64,000 nucleotides of DNA, taken from Acidimicrobiia bacterium (lineage in GTDB: Bacteria > Actinomycetota > Acidimicrobiia > Spongiisociales > ZC4RG35). Each line of letters begins with the position of its first letter. Positions within the stretch are counted from its first letter, which is position 1. The notes beneath the pieces are model-generated. The model was not told the DNA's origin. It worked only from the letters and a program-made list of their open reading frames with translations, and did no database searches. Below, piece after piece: positions 1 through 10,308 of this stretch. The stretch is from NCBI GenBank assembly GCA_040880725.1, contig JBBDHV010000039.1, positions 6,481 through 70,480 of the forward strand, written 5' to 3'. A program made the translations under genes and the position numbers.

Positions 1-451
1 TCGGCGGGGCGGAGGTCGCGACGTCACGCAGTTCGCGTTCGTCGACGCCCGAGCCCATCGCCACAGGCTGTGCTCCGTGGTCCCTGATGTGCCGGGTGAG
101 CCGTCGCGTGTCGATGTCCGAGAGTGCCACGACTCCGTGATGGTTCAGGTAGGCGGCGAAGGAACCCTCCGCCCGCCAATTCGAATGCTTCCGGCTGAGC
201 GAACGCATCACGAAACCCGACGCCGCCGGACCGCTGGACTGCTCGTCGAAGTCGGTTTCGCCGTAGTTCCCGATGTGCGGAACGGTCATCACCACCACCT
301 GACCCGCATAGGACGGGTCCGTGATGATTTCCTGATATCCGGTCATCGAGGTGTTGAAGACCGCTTCGCCGGTGCTCACACCTTCCGCGCCCACGGACAC
401 CCCCCGGAACACCGCACCGTCCGCCGTCACGAGAAGACCAGGTGTGCTCAT
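1..451 (-). CDS. carA: Carbamoyl-phosphate synthase small subunit, N-terminal part. The gene runs off the window edge.
   Basis: Reverse-complement translation from the ATG at 449-451 gives MSTPGLLVTADGAVFRGVSVGAEGVSTGEAVFNTSMTGYQEIITDPSYAGQVVVMTVPHIGNYG, a typical CarA N-terminus. The start overlaps the pyrC stop (ATGA). The position matches pyrB-pyrC-carA synteny. Confidence 0.8.
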   Translation of the reverse strand, partial: MSTPGLLVTADGAVFRGVSVGAEGVSTGEAVFNTSMTGYQEIITDPSYAGQVVVMTVPHIGNYGETDFDEQSSGPAASGFVMRSLSRKHSNWRAEGSFAAYLNHHGVVALSDIDTRRLTRHIRDHGAQPVAMGSGVDERELRDVATSAPP

Positions 452-1682
452 TGGGCCACCTCCCCCGAGACGACCCGGCCCGCGGCCACGGTCAACTGCA
501 CCCTGCCGCGCATCTCTGCTCCGCGCCACGGTGAGTTCTCGGATCGAGAGCGGAAGGCCGATGCGGTCCAGCGGGCTGTCGGGTCGAAGACGACGATGTC
601 GGCCGGCGCTCCCGGTTCCATGCGGTGCGCGTCCCGCCCGAGGATTCGTCTGGGGGCGTCGGCCAGCCGGTCGAAGAACGCCGCCGGCTCGAGCCCCAGC
701 GCCTCGTTCACCACTGCGGCAGCCGTTTCGAGTCCGATCACGCCGCGGGGGGCGTCTTCGAACGGGACATCCTTTTCGTGGGCCGAATGCGGGGCGTGGT
801 CGGTGGCGACGCAGTCGATCACGCCGTCGATGACCGCCGCGCACAGCGCCTTGACGTCCTCGGATGTGCGCAAGGGCGGGTACATTTTGAACACCGGATC
901 CATCGATTGGACTGCACTGTCGTCAAAGACGAGATGATGGGGAGTCACCTCCGCAGTCACCGGAAGACCCGCCTGCTTTGCCTGCCGCACGAGTTCGACG
1001 GTACCGGCGGTCGACACATGCTGAACGTGGTACCGGCAGCCCGTGAGCTCCACCAATCGCAGGTCGCGAGCCACCACGACTTCTTCGGCCACCGCGGGGA
1101 GTCCTGTGATTCCGAGCCGTGACGACACCGCCCCCTCGTGCATGTGCCCGCCCCGGGAGAGTCCCGGATCCTCGGCGTGTTGGGCCACGACGCCGCCGAG
1201 TTGGGCGAGATACTCCATCGCTCGCCGCAGCAGGCCGGCATCGGCGACGGTGTCCCCGTCGTCGGTGAAGATGCGGACGCCGGCTGCCCAGAGGTCGTCC
1301 AGGTGCGCGAGCCGGATGCCCTCCCGGCCGAGTGTGAGGCACCCGGCGGGCACCACTTCGACTCCGTCGGTGCGGCGCACGTGCGCGGCGACGTGTCCGG
1401 AGTCGATCGCCGGAGTCGTGTTCGGCATCGCGACCACGGTGGTGAATCCTCCGGCCGCGGCGGCGTCGCGCCCGGACCGAAGATCTTCCTTCCACTCCTG
1501 GCCCGGCTCGCGGAGGTGGGTGTGGAGGTCGACGAGGCCTGGTCCGACCCAACATCCCGAAGCGTCGAAGCGCGTGTCGTCGCCTTCCAGAGAGGGGCCC
1601 ACCTCGACGATGAGTCCACCGTCGACTCGCACATCGGTGACGGTCATGCCGCCTGACGTGAGGACCGAACCGCCTGTGATGA

Positions 1683-1686
<4 letters not shown>
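448..1686 (-). CDS. pyrC: Dihydroorotase
   Basis: 412-aa ORF with a DLHTHLREPG metal-binding motif and amidohydrolase fold. It sits in the pyr operon between pyrB and carA. Confidence 0.9.
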
Positions 1687-3202
<1,516 letters not shown>

Positions 3203-3255
3203 CTAGCCGAGCACGGAGCACTGCAATTTCGGGCAGATCGGCTGAACCGTGTAAG

Positions 3256-3633
3256 TCAGTCGGTGGCGGGGGTGGGGCGTTCGGCGCGGGCGAGGGATGC
3301 GAGGACGCCGTTGACGAAGCGTCCGGAGTGTTCGGTCGAGAACGCCTTCACGATGCGGACCGCTTCGTTGAGGACGACGGCGGTGGGGACATCGGGGCAA
3401 TGACGCAGCTCGAAGAGCGCGAGACGGAGGACCGCACGATCGACGACAGGCATGCGGTCGACGCTCCAGCGATCGGCCACGCGGTTGATCGAGACGTCCA
3501 ACTCGTCCCGATGTGCCATCACCCCGGTGGTCAGACGGAGCGCCCGCCCGACGAGGTCCGCCGGCGGCTCCCACGCTTCGACCTGATCGGCTTCGTACAG
3601 CTCTTGAACGGCCCGTTCGCGTGGTTCGGTCAC
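3256..3633 (-). CDS. nusB: Transcription antitermination factor NusB
   Basis: 125 aa with a NusB-like helical protein (LRLALFEL....NEAVRIVKAF). Downstream of efp as in actinobacteria. Confidence 0.85.
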   Translation of the reverse strand: MTEPRERAVQELYEADQVEAWEPPADLVGRALRLTTGVMAHRDELDVSINRVADRWSVDRMPVVDRAVLRLALFELRHCPDVPTAVVLNEAVRIVKAFSTEHSGRFVNGVLASLARAERPTPATD

Positions 3634-4187
3634 ACGCGGGTCAGATACTCGCCGGACCGGGTGTCCACCTTGATGCGGTCGCCCTGCTCGACGAAAAGCG
3701 GAACCTGGACGTCGATGCCGGTCTGGACCTTCACGAGTTTCGTCGCCCCTGAGACGGTGTTGCCCTTGACTGCCGGCTCGGCGTACGTGACTTCGAGCTC
3801 GACTGCCGCAGGGAGCTCGACGCCGATCGGATTTCCCTTGTGCATGGCGAGAACCACGGTCATGCCGTCGAGCAGGAACCCGGCCGCATCGCCCACGTCG
3901 ATGGCGCTGAGGGCGAACTGCGAGTAGTCCTCGAGGTTCATGAAGTGGAAGCCGAGGTCGTCCGAATACAGGAACTGGTGTTCGCGGCGGTCGATGAACG
4001 CCTGCGGAACGTCTTCGTCGGCGCGGAAAGTGCGGTCGAGAACCTGGCCGGTTTCGACGTTCTTGATCTTCATGCGCACGAAGGCTTTGCCCTTCCCGGG
4101 CTTGACGTGCTCGTACTGCACGATCGAGAACAACCCGTCGGGGAGATCGAGGGCCATTCCGGGGCGAACGTCATTGGTCGAAATCAT
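3630..4187 (-). CDS. efp: Elongation factor P
   Basis: 185 aa, MISTNDVRPGMALDL...KPGKGKAFVRMKIKN, with the conserved KPGKG loop. Confidence 0.9.
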   Translation of the reverse strand: MISTNDVRPGMALDLPDGLFSIVQYEHVKPGKGKAFVRMKIKNVETGQVLDRTFRADEDVPQAFIDRREHQFLYSDDLGFHFMNLEDYSQFALSAIDVGDAAGFLLDGMTVVLAMHKGNPIGVELPAAVELEVTYAEPAVKGNTVSGATKLVKVQTGIDVQVPLFVEQGDRIKVDTRSGEYLTRV

Positions 4188-4294
4188 GTCTTTGGTCCGA
4201 TTGTCAGGGCGGCCATGCGGCCATGAGGGCTTGGAAGGTCACCCACGATGCGCATGGGCGGACGGGCACGCATGGTACTCGTCGGGTTGCCCGC

Positions 4295-5311
4295 TCAAGA
4301 AAGTCCGATGGCGCGCATTGCGCCTTCCAACTCGGGGAGTGTCACCGGCTCGACCACCGGATCGCCCACGTCTCGCAGCAGCACCATGCGAATCCCTTCG
4401 GCAGTCCGCTTCTTGTCGCGTTGGCACAGTTCCACCGCCGCAGCCAACGAAACCCCGGCCGCGGCCACGGGAAGTCCGAGGTCGAAGAGAAGCGCGGTCA
4501 GCCATCGGTGATCGAATCCGTAGCGGGAGTTGGAGATCACTGCAGCCGCGACCATGCCGACACTCACGGCGTGGCCGTGCGGGAGCGGCGCGAGGATCTC
4601 GACTGCGTGGCCGACGGTGTGCCCGAAGTTGAGAATCGCCCTGCGCCCGCGTTCTTGGAGGTCGTCGCGGACGACGTCGGCCTTGACGGCGATCGCCCGG
4701 GGGACAACCACCTCCAGGTTCGCTTTGAGTCCGGCGCGCGCGTACTCGTCGACGATCGCCGGATCGGCCAGCAGGCCGGCCTTGAGGATCTCCGATGTGC
4801 CTTCGCGGAGGATCTCCTCGGGGAGTTGGGAAAGCAGATTCAGGTCCACGACCACCCGCGACGGGTTCCAGAACGCCCCGACCAGGTTCTTGCCTCGTCG
4901 GTTGATGCCTGTCTTGCCGCCGATGGCGGCGTCGACCGCAGCCAAGGTGGTCGTGGGAACGAGCACCGACTCGACGCCCCGCAACCAGGTGGCGGCCACG
5001 AACCCCGCGACGTCGGTCGCCGCTCCCCCGCCCACACCGATGATCGTGTCGTGGCGGCCGAGGTTGAAGTCCGCGAGAACGTCGTACATCTCGCCGACCG
5101 CATCGAGTTCCTTCGACGCTTCGCGATCTGCGAGTTCTCCGACGACGGTCCTGACGCCCTCGAGTCCTGCGACGATCTCACGGGCGACCCGGGCGGGGAC
5201 TCCCGGCTGGGTGAACACGGCGACGGCTTCACGGCTCTGACGGGCCGGCAGCACGTCGGCGGCGTCGCCGAACACGACCTCCGAGGCGTCGGTGATGCGG
5301 ATTGGCTCCAC
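4295..5311 (-). CDS. aroB: 3-dehydroquinate synthase
   Basis: Glycine-rich NAD-binding motif GVGGGAATDVAGFVAATWLRGV and a GGKTGIN motif. The real start is probably the GTG at 5309-5311 immediately after the MITE's TA target-site duplication. The ORF-track ATG at 5392 lies inside the MITE. Confidence 0.85.
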   Translation of the reverse strand: MEPIRITDASEVVFGDAADVLPARQSREAVAVFTQPGVPARVAREIVAGLEGVRTVVGELADREASKELDAVGEMYDVLADFNLGRHDTIIGVGGGAATDVAGFVAATWLRGVESVLVPTTTLAAVDAAIGGKTGINRRGKNLVGAFWNPSRVVVDLNLLSQLPEEILREGTSEILKAGLLADPAIVDEYARAGLKANLEVVVPRAIAVKADVVRDDLQERGRRAILNFGHTVGHAVEILAPLPHGHAVSVGMVAAAVISNSRYGFDHRWLTALLFDLGLPVAAAGVSLAAAVELCQRDKKRTAEGIRMVLLRDVGDPVVEPVTLPELEGAMRAIGLS

Positions 5312-5477
5312 TAGTGGTGTGTCGCCGAAATAGGTGCGCGGTGTCTCCGAGCACATGGCGTCATCTGGCAAGGACTTCTGACGCAGTCGCACTTGGCCCG
5401 TTCGGCGAGGAGGAGGACGCCGCCAGGGGCGTCATGGGCCGGAGAGACCGCCTCATTATTTTGGCGACGTACCACTA
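5312..5477. mobile_element. MITE copy 1. The element is 162 bp (5314-5475) and is flanked by a TA target-site duplication.
   Basis: Terminal inverted repeats GTGGTGTGTCGCCGAAATA...TATTTTGGCGACGTACCAC. It is 99% identical, in inverse orientation, to the copy at 42320-42485. It has no coding capacity. It is inserted in the TA of the aroC TAG stop, at the TAGTG aroC/aroB overlap. Confidence 0.65.
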
Positions 5478-6629
5478 GAAGGTCTCGAGGCGCGCCCGGT
5501 AGGAGTCGACGTTGCGACGAAGGTCCGCGGCGGTGTCGCCGCCGAACTGTCGTTGGATCTCTTGGGCGACGACGATGGCGACCATCTGCTCGGCGACGAT
5601 TCCCGCTGCGGGCACGGCAACGACATCGGATCGCTCGTAGAAGGCCGTCTTGGCTTCCTTGGTGACGACGTCAACGGTCTGCAGGGACTTGGGCACGGTG
5701 GAGATCGGTTTCATCGCGGCCCTCACCCGCAGCACGTCGCCGTTGGTCATTCCCCCTTCGGTCCCGCCCGCCCGGTTGGTGTGGCGGGTGGGTCCGTCCG
5801 CGGTTGCGTACAGCTCGTCATGGGCCCCCGAGCCCCGCCTCGTGGCGGTGGTGAAGCCGTCTCCGATCTCCACGCCTTTGATCGCCTGGATCGACATGAG
5901 GGCCTCTGCCAGCCGGGCATCGATCTTTCGATCCCAGTGCACATGGCTCCCGAGTCCGACCGGTACCCCGTAGGCGAGGACCTCGACCACCCCTCCGAGG
6001 GTGTCACGATCGGCCCGGGCGGCTTCGATCTCGGCGATCATCGCCGCCTCGGCCGACTCGTCGAAGACACGGACTGCAGATGCGTCGATCTTTGCGAGGT
6101 CGCCGGGACCCGGGACGACCCCTTCCGGCGCGGTGACAGTCCCGATCGACACGACGTGGCTGAGGATCGAGACGTCGACCGCCGCCAGCAGGGTCTTGGC
6201 CAGATAGCCCACGACGGTGCGCGCGGCCGTTTCCCGAGCCGAGGCGCGCTCGAGGATGTTCCGCGCGTCGTGGGTGTCGTACTTCATCATCCCGACGAGA
6301 TCGGCGTGTCCGGGGCGTGGGGCGGTGAGCTTCTTCTTGGCCACGCCGGGATGCGGGCTCATCTCCTCGGACCACTTCGCCTCGTACTCGGTGTTGCGGA
6401 CCACCACTGCCACAGGAGAGCCCAGCGTGCGTCCGTGGCGCACACCGCCGAGGATCTCCAGTTCGTCCTGTTCGATCTTCATCCGCCCGCCCCGGCCGAA
6501 ACCCAAACGACGGCGGGCGAGTTCGGCACCGATCTCGTCGACCAGCACGGGGAGGCCCGCAGGGAGCCCCTCGACGATGGTGACGAGCGCCGGACCGTGG
6601 GATTCACCTGCGGTGAGGAATCTGAACAT
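5475..6629 (-). CDS. aroC: Chorismate synthase
   Basis: 384 aa, [27 protein letters not shown], the canonical chorismate synthase N-terminus. The stop TAG is formed by the TA target-site duplication plus the first G of the MITE. Confidence 0.9.
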   Translation of the reverse strand: MFRFLTAGESHGPALVTIVEGLPAGLPVLVDEIGAELARRRLGFGRGGRMKIEQDELEILGGVRHGRTLGSPVAVVVRNTEYEAKWSEEMSPHPGVAKKKLTAPRPGHADLVGMMKYDTHDARNILERASARETAARTVVGYLAKTLLAAVDVSILSHVVSIGTVTAPEGVVPGPGDLAKIDASAVRVFDESAEAAMIAEIEAARADRDTLGGVVEVLAYGVPVGLGSHVHWDRKIDARLAEALMSIQAIKGVEIGDGFTTATRRGSGAHDELYATADGPTRHTNRAGGTEGGMTNGDVLRVRAAMKPISTVPKSLQTVDVVTKEAKTAFYERSDVVAVPAAGIVAEQMVAIVVAQEIQRQFGGDTAADLRRNVDSYRARLETF

Positions 6630-6665
6630 GCGGGCGCAGCGTACCGGCCGCGGTCGGCCGGTCGG

Positions 6666-7397
6666 TCACCCGGTGATGAGCCTGCCGAATGCCTCGCCGA
6701 AGATCAGGGCGACCCATGCCCCGGCGAGCATCGGAGGCCCGTACGGCATCTCGTCCTGGCTGCGCGCCCGGCGGGACACGAGGAGAATGATCGCGGGGAT
6801 GCCGCCGATGACGCCCGTGAAGAACACCGCCAGCAGCACGGTGCGCTGGGACTGGAATGCGGTGGCGGCGCCGAGGAGGACAGCCAGCTTCACGTCGCCG
6901 AAGCCGAATCCCCCTCGGGCGACCAGGTAGACCACGAAGAGCGCACCGAAGTATCCGAGCGCCCCGAGCAGGGCCGGGAGGAGACGGTCGGTGCGTGACT
7001 CTGCGAGGGCGCCCCCGGCGAGTGCCAGTCCGAAGACCGCGGTCGACGGGTAGAGCACCCGATTCGGAATGAGCTTGTGGTCGATGTCGGTGACCAGCAG
7101 GACGATGGTCACCGCTGCCACGACGAGATACGCCGGCAGGAGCCAACCTTCCCCACTGGTGACCACACCGGCCGCGGCAAAGACCGTCCCGGTCGCCAGC
7201 CAAATCCAGGGCTGTCGCAACCGCACCCGGTGCCCCGTCGGGCAGCGCAGGGCGAGCGGAACCATCGCGTGTTCGCATTCTTCGCAGCGAGGAGCGATGC
7301 CATCGAACGGCCGGCGGACCCCGGCGCGGACGCCGAGGTGATACAGGGTCGGACCGATGACGAGTCCGAGCACGAACAGCGGGAGAATCGAACTCAT
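6666..7397 (-). CDS. Prepilin (type IV / Flp) leader peptidase, A24 family
   Basis: Polytopic membrane protein with an N-terminal Cys motif (CEECEH...CPTGH). The catalytic Asp motifs are VTDIDHKLIPN and GFGDVKLAVLLGA. Confidence 0.75.
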   Translation of the reverse strand: MSSILPLFVLGLVIGPTLYHLGVRAGVRRPFDGIAPRCEECEHAMVPLALRCPTGHRVRLRQPWIWLATGTVFAAAGVVTSGEGWLLPAYLVVAAVTIVLLVTDIDHKLIPNRVLYPSTAVFGLALAGGALAESRTDRLLPALLGALGYFGALFVVYLVARGGFGFGDVKLAVLLGAATAFQSQRTVLLAVFFTGVIGGIPAIILLVSRRARSQDEMPYGPPMLAGAWVALIFGEAFGRLITG

Positions 7398-7439
7398 GGA
7401 GGGGTCGACGCTAATGATCCGTCGCCGACGCGATCCCGA

Positions 7440-8636
7440 TCAGTCTGCGTCGGTGATGTCTTTGGCCATCGGTCCCAGGCGCCGGCGCCGCAGCAGTCCC
7501 ATCGAGAAACCGGACTCCTCCTCCGGCTCGGCCCCGCCGCCGTCGGTCTCCGAGAACACACTGTCGAGGAACTCGTCGGTGTCGACGTTGGACATCTCGT
7601 CGGCGGGTCCCATCGCTTCGGCCCACCATCCGCCGCGGTTCCCGGTTGGTTCGGCGGAAGACTCTTCGGAGGAGACGGCCGGTGCCTGCTCGGAGTCGCT
7701 GGGTCGGGACCACGGGTCTGTCAGCTCGGTGCTCGGCTGGGGATCTGGCTTGGGATCTGCCTGGGCCGTTGCCCAGGGGCTGGGGGTCGCGTCGGGCTCG
7801 GAGGTTGCGTCGACAGTCGGCTCGGGTTCGGGAGCCTCGACAGGAGCGCTGAACCAGCTCCCCGTCGAGCCGGGAGAGACCGAAGGGGTCGTCGGTGGGG
7901 ACTCCGGTACAGACGCGGGCGGGATTTCACCCACCGGCGCAGCCTGGGCGGACCCTGCGGCCGGTTCGATCAGCGATGACCGGATCAGCGAGGCGACTTC
8001 TCGAGCAGCGCGGAACTCGGTCGTACCGAGCAGGCGGGCGATGTCGGCCACGCTGGAGCCGCCTTCGAGAGATGCGAGCACACGCCAGGTCGGCGCGTTC
8101 ACCGAGACTTCGGACTCCTGCAACTCTCGCACCATTCGCACCGGGAGGTTCATGTCGGAGATGGTCTGTTCGATGTCGGACCAGTCGGCGGCACGCCGGT
8201 CGGCCTCGACGACGATCTGCTCGGCATCGAACGACTGGCCGGTGCGGAATCGTGACTCGGCATCGACGAGGAACTCAAACGTGCCGTTTCCGGGGCGCCT
8301 GATTCGATAGAGGGACTCCACGACGTGTTCACGGACGAGGTCCGTCAGGTCGTCGCTGCTGCGGCCATCCGCGATGGCATCGGGGAGATCGACCGTGTCC
8401 CGGCTTTCGATCCGTGAGCGGTCGACCACGCCGGAGGATGCGATCTGGTCGGCGAGATCCATGTCAGACGCGACGGTCACCAGGGACAGTGCGCCCTCGT
8501 GCAGATAGATGCGCCCGTCGACACCGGCAGCGTCGACACGAAGACACCCGTTCTTTCCCGATCGCGCGAGGAGACGCAGCACCTCCGGGAGTGGAAAAAC
8601 TTCTATGTTGCCGGTCAGTGCCATGCTCATCCTCAC
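7440..8636 (-). CDS. DUF4388-domain protein with a Pro/Ser/Glu-rich low-complexity C-terminus
   Basis: The N-terminus LTGNIEVFPLPEVLRLLARSGKNGCLRV matches the DUF4388 signature. The C-terminal 150 aa are acidic and low-complexity. Confidence 0.6.
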   Translation of the reverse strand: MRMSMALTGNIEVFPLPEVLRLLARSGKNGCLRVDAAGVDGRIYLHEGALSLVTVASDMDLADQIASSGVVDRSRIESRDTVDLPDAIADGRSSDDLTDLVREHVVESLYRIRRPGNGTFEFLVDAESRFRTGQSFDAEQIVVEADRRAADWSDIEQTISDMNLPVRMVRELQESEVSVNAPTWRVLASLEGGSSVADIARLLGTTEFRAAREVASLIRSSLIEPAAGSAQAAPVGEIPPASVPESPPTTPSVSPGSTGSWFSAPVEAPEPEPTVDATSEPDATPSPWATAQADPKPDPQPSTELTDPWSRPSDSEQAPAVSSEESSAEPTGNRGGWWAEAMGPADEMSNVDTDEFLDSVFSETDGGGAEPEEESGFSMGLLRRRRLGPMAKDITDAD

Positions 8637-8755
8637 TCGCCTTGGGATGGACTTCGGCGTCGCGCAGGGTCCGCTTGAGCCTTTTCCCCCGGACGAAAGT
8701 CCATGCGAGGGGCGGCTCCGGAAAACACCGCCGACCCGCTGTGCGATCTTGCGAA

Positions 8756-9871
8756 TCAGGGGATGACGCCGGCCTCTCGGGACGCCGCAACGTTGGCGTT
8801 GTGTTCGTCGAGGGTGACGGCGAAGACATGGGACCCGTCTTCGTCAGCGAGAACGTAGTACCGGAATTCGGTGTCCGCCGGCGCGGCGGCGGCTTCCAAC
8901 GCGGCCAGGCCGGGAGCAGAGATCGGACCGGGTGGGAGCCCTGCGACCAGCCGGGTGTTGTACGGGGAGTCGAACTCGACGTCGATTCCGGCAGGGTCGC
9001 GAATGTCCATGGCGTAGAGCACCGTCGCGTCGATGTCGAGGCGTGCACCGTCATTCAGCCGGTTGCGGATCACCGACGAGACGATGGGGCGTTCGTCCCC
9101 GACGCGTACTTCGCTCTCGATGAGTGAAGCCATGATGATTCCCTGATAGCGGGTGTAGCCGGCCGCTTCGAGGTTGCTCCAGTCGACGGCATCCATGCGT
9201 TGTTCCATGGTGTTGGCGAGCCGTCCGAGCATGTCAGCCGGTGTGGCATCCTCGCTGAACCGGTACGTGTCGGGGAACAGGAGTCCTTCCCAGTCACGCA
9301 GGGTGGCGTTGGCCGGAAGCTCGGTGACGTCGGATTCGACGAGTCCCGACTCGAGCGCCTGGACGAACGCCGCTCGATCGAGACCGGACGCCTCGGAGAG
9401 CACGTCGATGATCTCGGTCACCCGGAGGCCTTCGCGGATCGTGACGTCGAACACGACCACGCGGGGCCCGGCGCGGAGCTCGTCGATCAGCTCTTGGATG
9501 GAGGATCCGGTGATCAACTCGTAGGTACCCGATTGCAGGCTGGCGTCGACCCCGGCTGCCCGTGCCGCGGTTTCGAACTGGGACGCGGAACGAACGAGAC
9601 CGGCGTCACGCAGGATCTCGCCGATGCCTTCCGCCGTCGATCCCGGCGGGATCACGACTTCGACCTGGCGTCCGGGCTCGATCTCGGCGAATTCTTCGTC
9701 TTCGGTGGTCTCGATGCCCGCCCCGACACGGTCGCCGAGCGAGGAGGCCACACTGACCAATCCCCAGCCCGCGAACACGAGGACTACGACAACGAGCACG
9801 GGGCGCAGAACTCCCCAGGGCGAAGGGCGGGGAGGGTTGGGCTGGTGATGTTGTTGCTGCTGCTGGGTCAT
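8756..9871 (-). CDS. mltG: Endolytic murein transglycosylase MltG (YceG-like)
   Basis: N-terminal TM helix plus a YceG-like domain (TIREGLRVTEI...LLFPDTYRF...YNTR). Synteny mltG-ruvX-alaS as in mycobacteria Rv2553c-Rv2555c. Confidence 0.8.
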   Translation of the reverse strand: MTQQQQQHHQPNPPRPSPWGVLRPVLVVVVLVFAGWGLVSVASSLGDRVGAGIETTEDEEFAEIEPGRQVEVVIPPGSTAEGIGEILRDAGLVRSASQFETAARAAGVDASLQSGTYELITGSSIQELIDELRAGPRVVVFDVTIREGLRVTEIIDVLSEASGLDRAAFVQALESGLVESDVTELPANATLRDWEGLLFPDTYRFSEDATPADMLGRLANTMEQRMDAVDWSNLEAAGYTRYQGIIMASLIESEVRVGDERPIVSSVIRNRLNDGARLDIDATVLYAMDIRDPAGIDVEFDSPYNTRLVAGLPPGPISAPGLAALEAAAAPADTEFRYYVLADEDGSHVFAVTLDEHNANVAASREAGVIP

Positions 9872-9876
9872 CGTCC

Positions 9877-10308
9877 CTACGAGTGGTCGCGGCCGTGGGG
9901 CTGGGGTCGATCGAGGAAGTGCCGCAGAATCACGGCAGCCGCGACTTTATCGACGTTCCGCCGCCTATCTCGACGTTTCACGCCGCCCTCCAGCATGGCG
10001 GCCTCCGCGGTGACAGTCGTGAACCGCTCATCCACATACTCGACGTCGATGCCGGTCAATTCGGTCACCCGGGTTCCGAATGCCCGGGCTTGCACCGCCG
10101 CGGGGCCTTCCCGACCGGACAGGCCGACGGGCAGTCCGACGATGACGACCGTCGGGCCGTACTCGGCGACGAGCCGGCGGAGTTCGTCTTCGAAGACGCC
10201 CACATCCAGCACTGCCAGCGGGGTTGCCACGATGCGAAGCGGATCGCTGACCGCCACCCCGATCCGTGTCGATCCCGGGTCGAAGGCGAGTACCCGGCCC
10301 GATGTCAC
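9877..10308 (-). CDS. ruvX: Putative pre-16S rRNA nuclease / Holliday junction resolvase-like YqgF
   Basis: 143 aa, RVLAFDPGSTRIGVAVSD RNase H-like motif. 4-nt overlap with alaS. Confidence 0.85.
   Translation of the reverse strand: MTSGRVLAFDPGSTRIGVAVSDPLRIVATPLAVLDVGVFEDELRRLVAEYGPTVVIVGLPVGLSGREGPAAVQARAFGTRVTELTGIDVEYVDERFTTVTAEAAMLEGGVKRRDRRRNVDKVAAAVILRHFLDRPQPHGRDHS

Noticed and set aside
5393-5665. Duplicated small ORFs MARSARRRTPPGASWAGETASLF... (also at 41877-42404) and N-terminus MRLRQKSLPDDAMCSETPRTYFGDTPL (4295-5392 and 42405-43136)
   Set aside because: The identical peptides arise because each ORF starts at an ATG inside one of the two MITE copies. They are artefacts of the repeat, not paralogous genes.
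7357-8310. 317-aa Ser-rich plus-strand ORF
   Set aside because: It is antisense to the DUF4388 gene, which has a recognisable domain. Its composition is typical of a GC-rich antisense frame.
8637-8755. Long-range inverted repeat (ATGGACTTCG ... CGAAAGTCCAT) between mltG and the DUF4388 gene
   Set aside because: It is an imperfect stem with a 45-nt loop and has no U-tract. It could be a weak terminator or 5'-UTR structure, but the evidence is too thin to call a feature.
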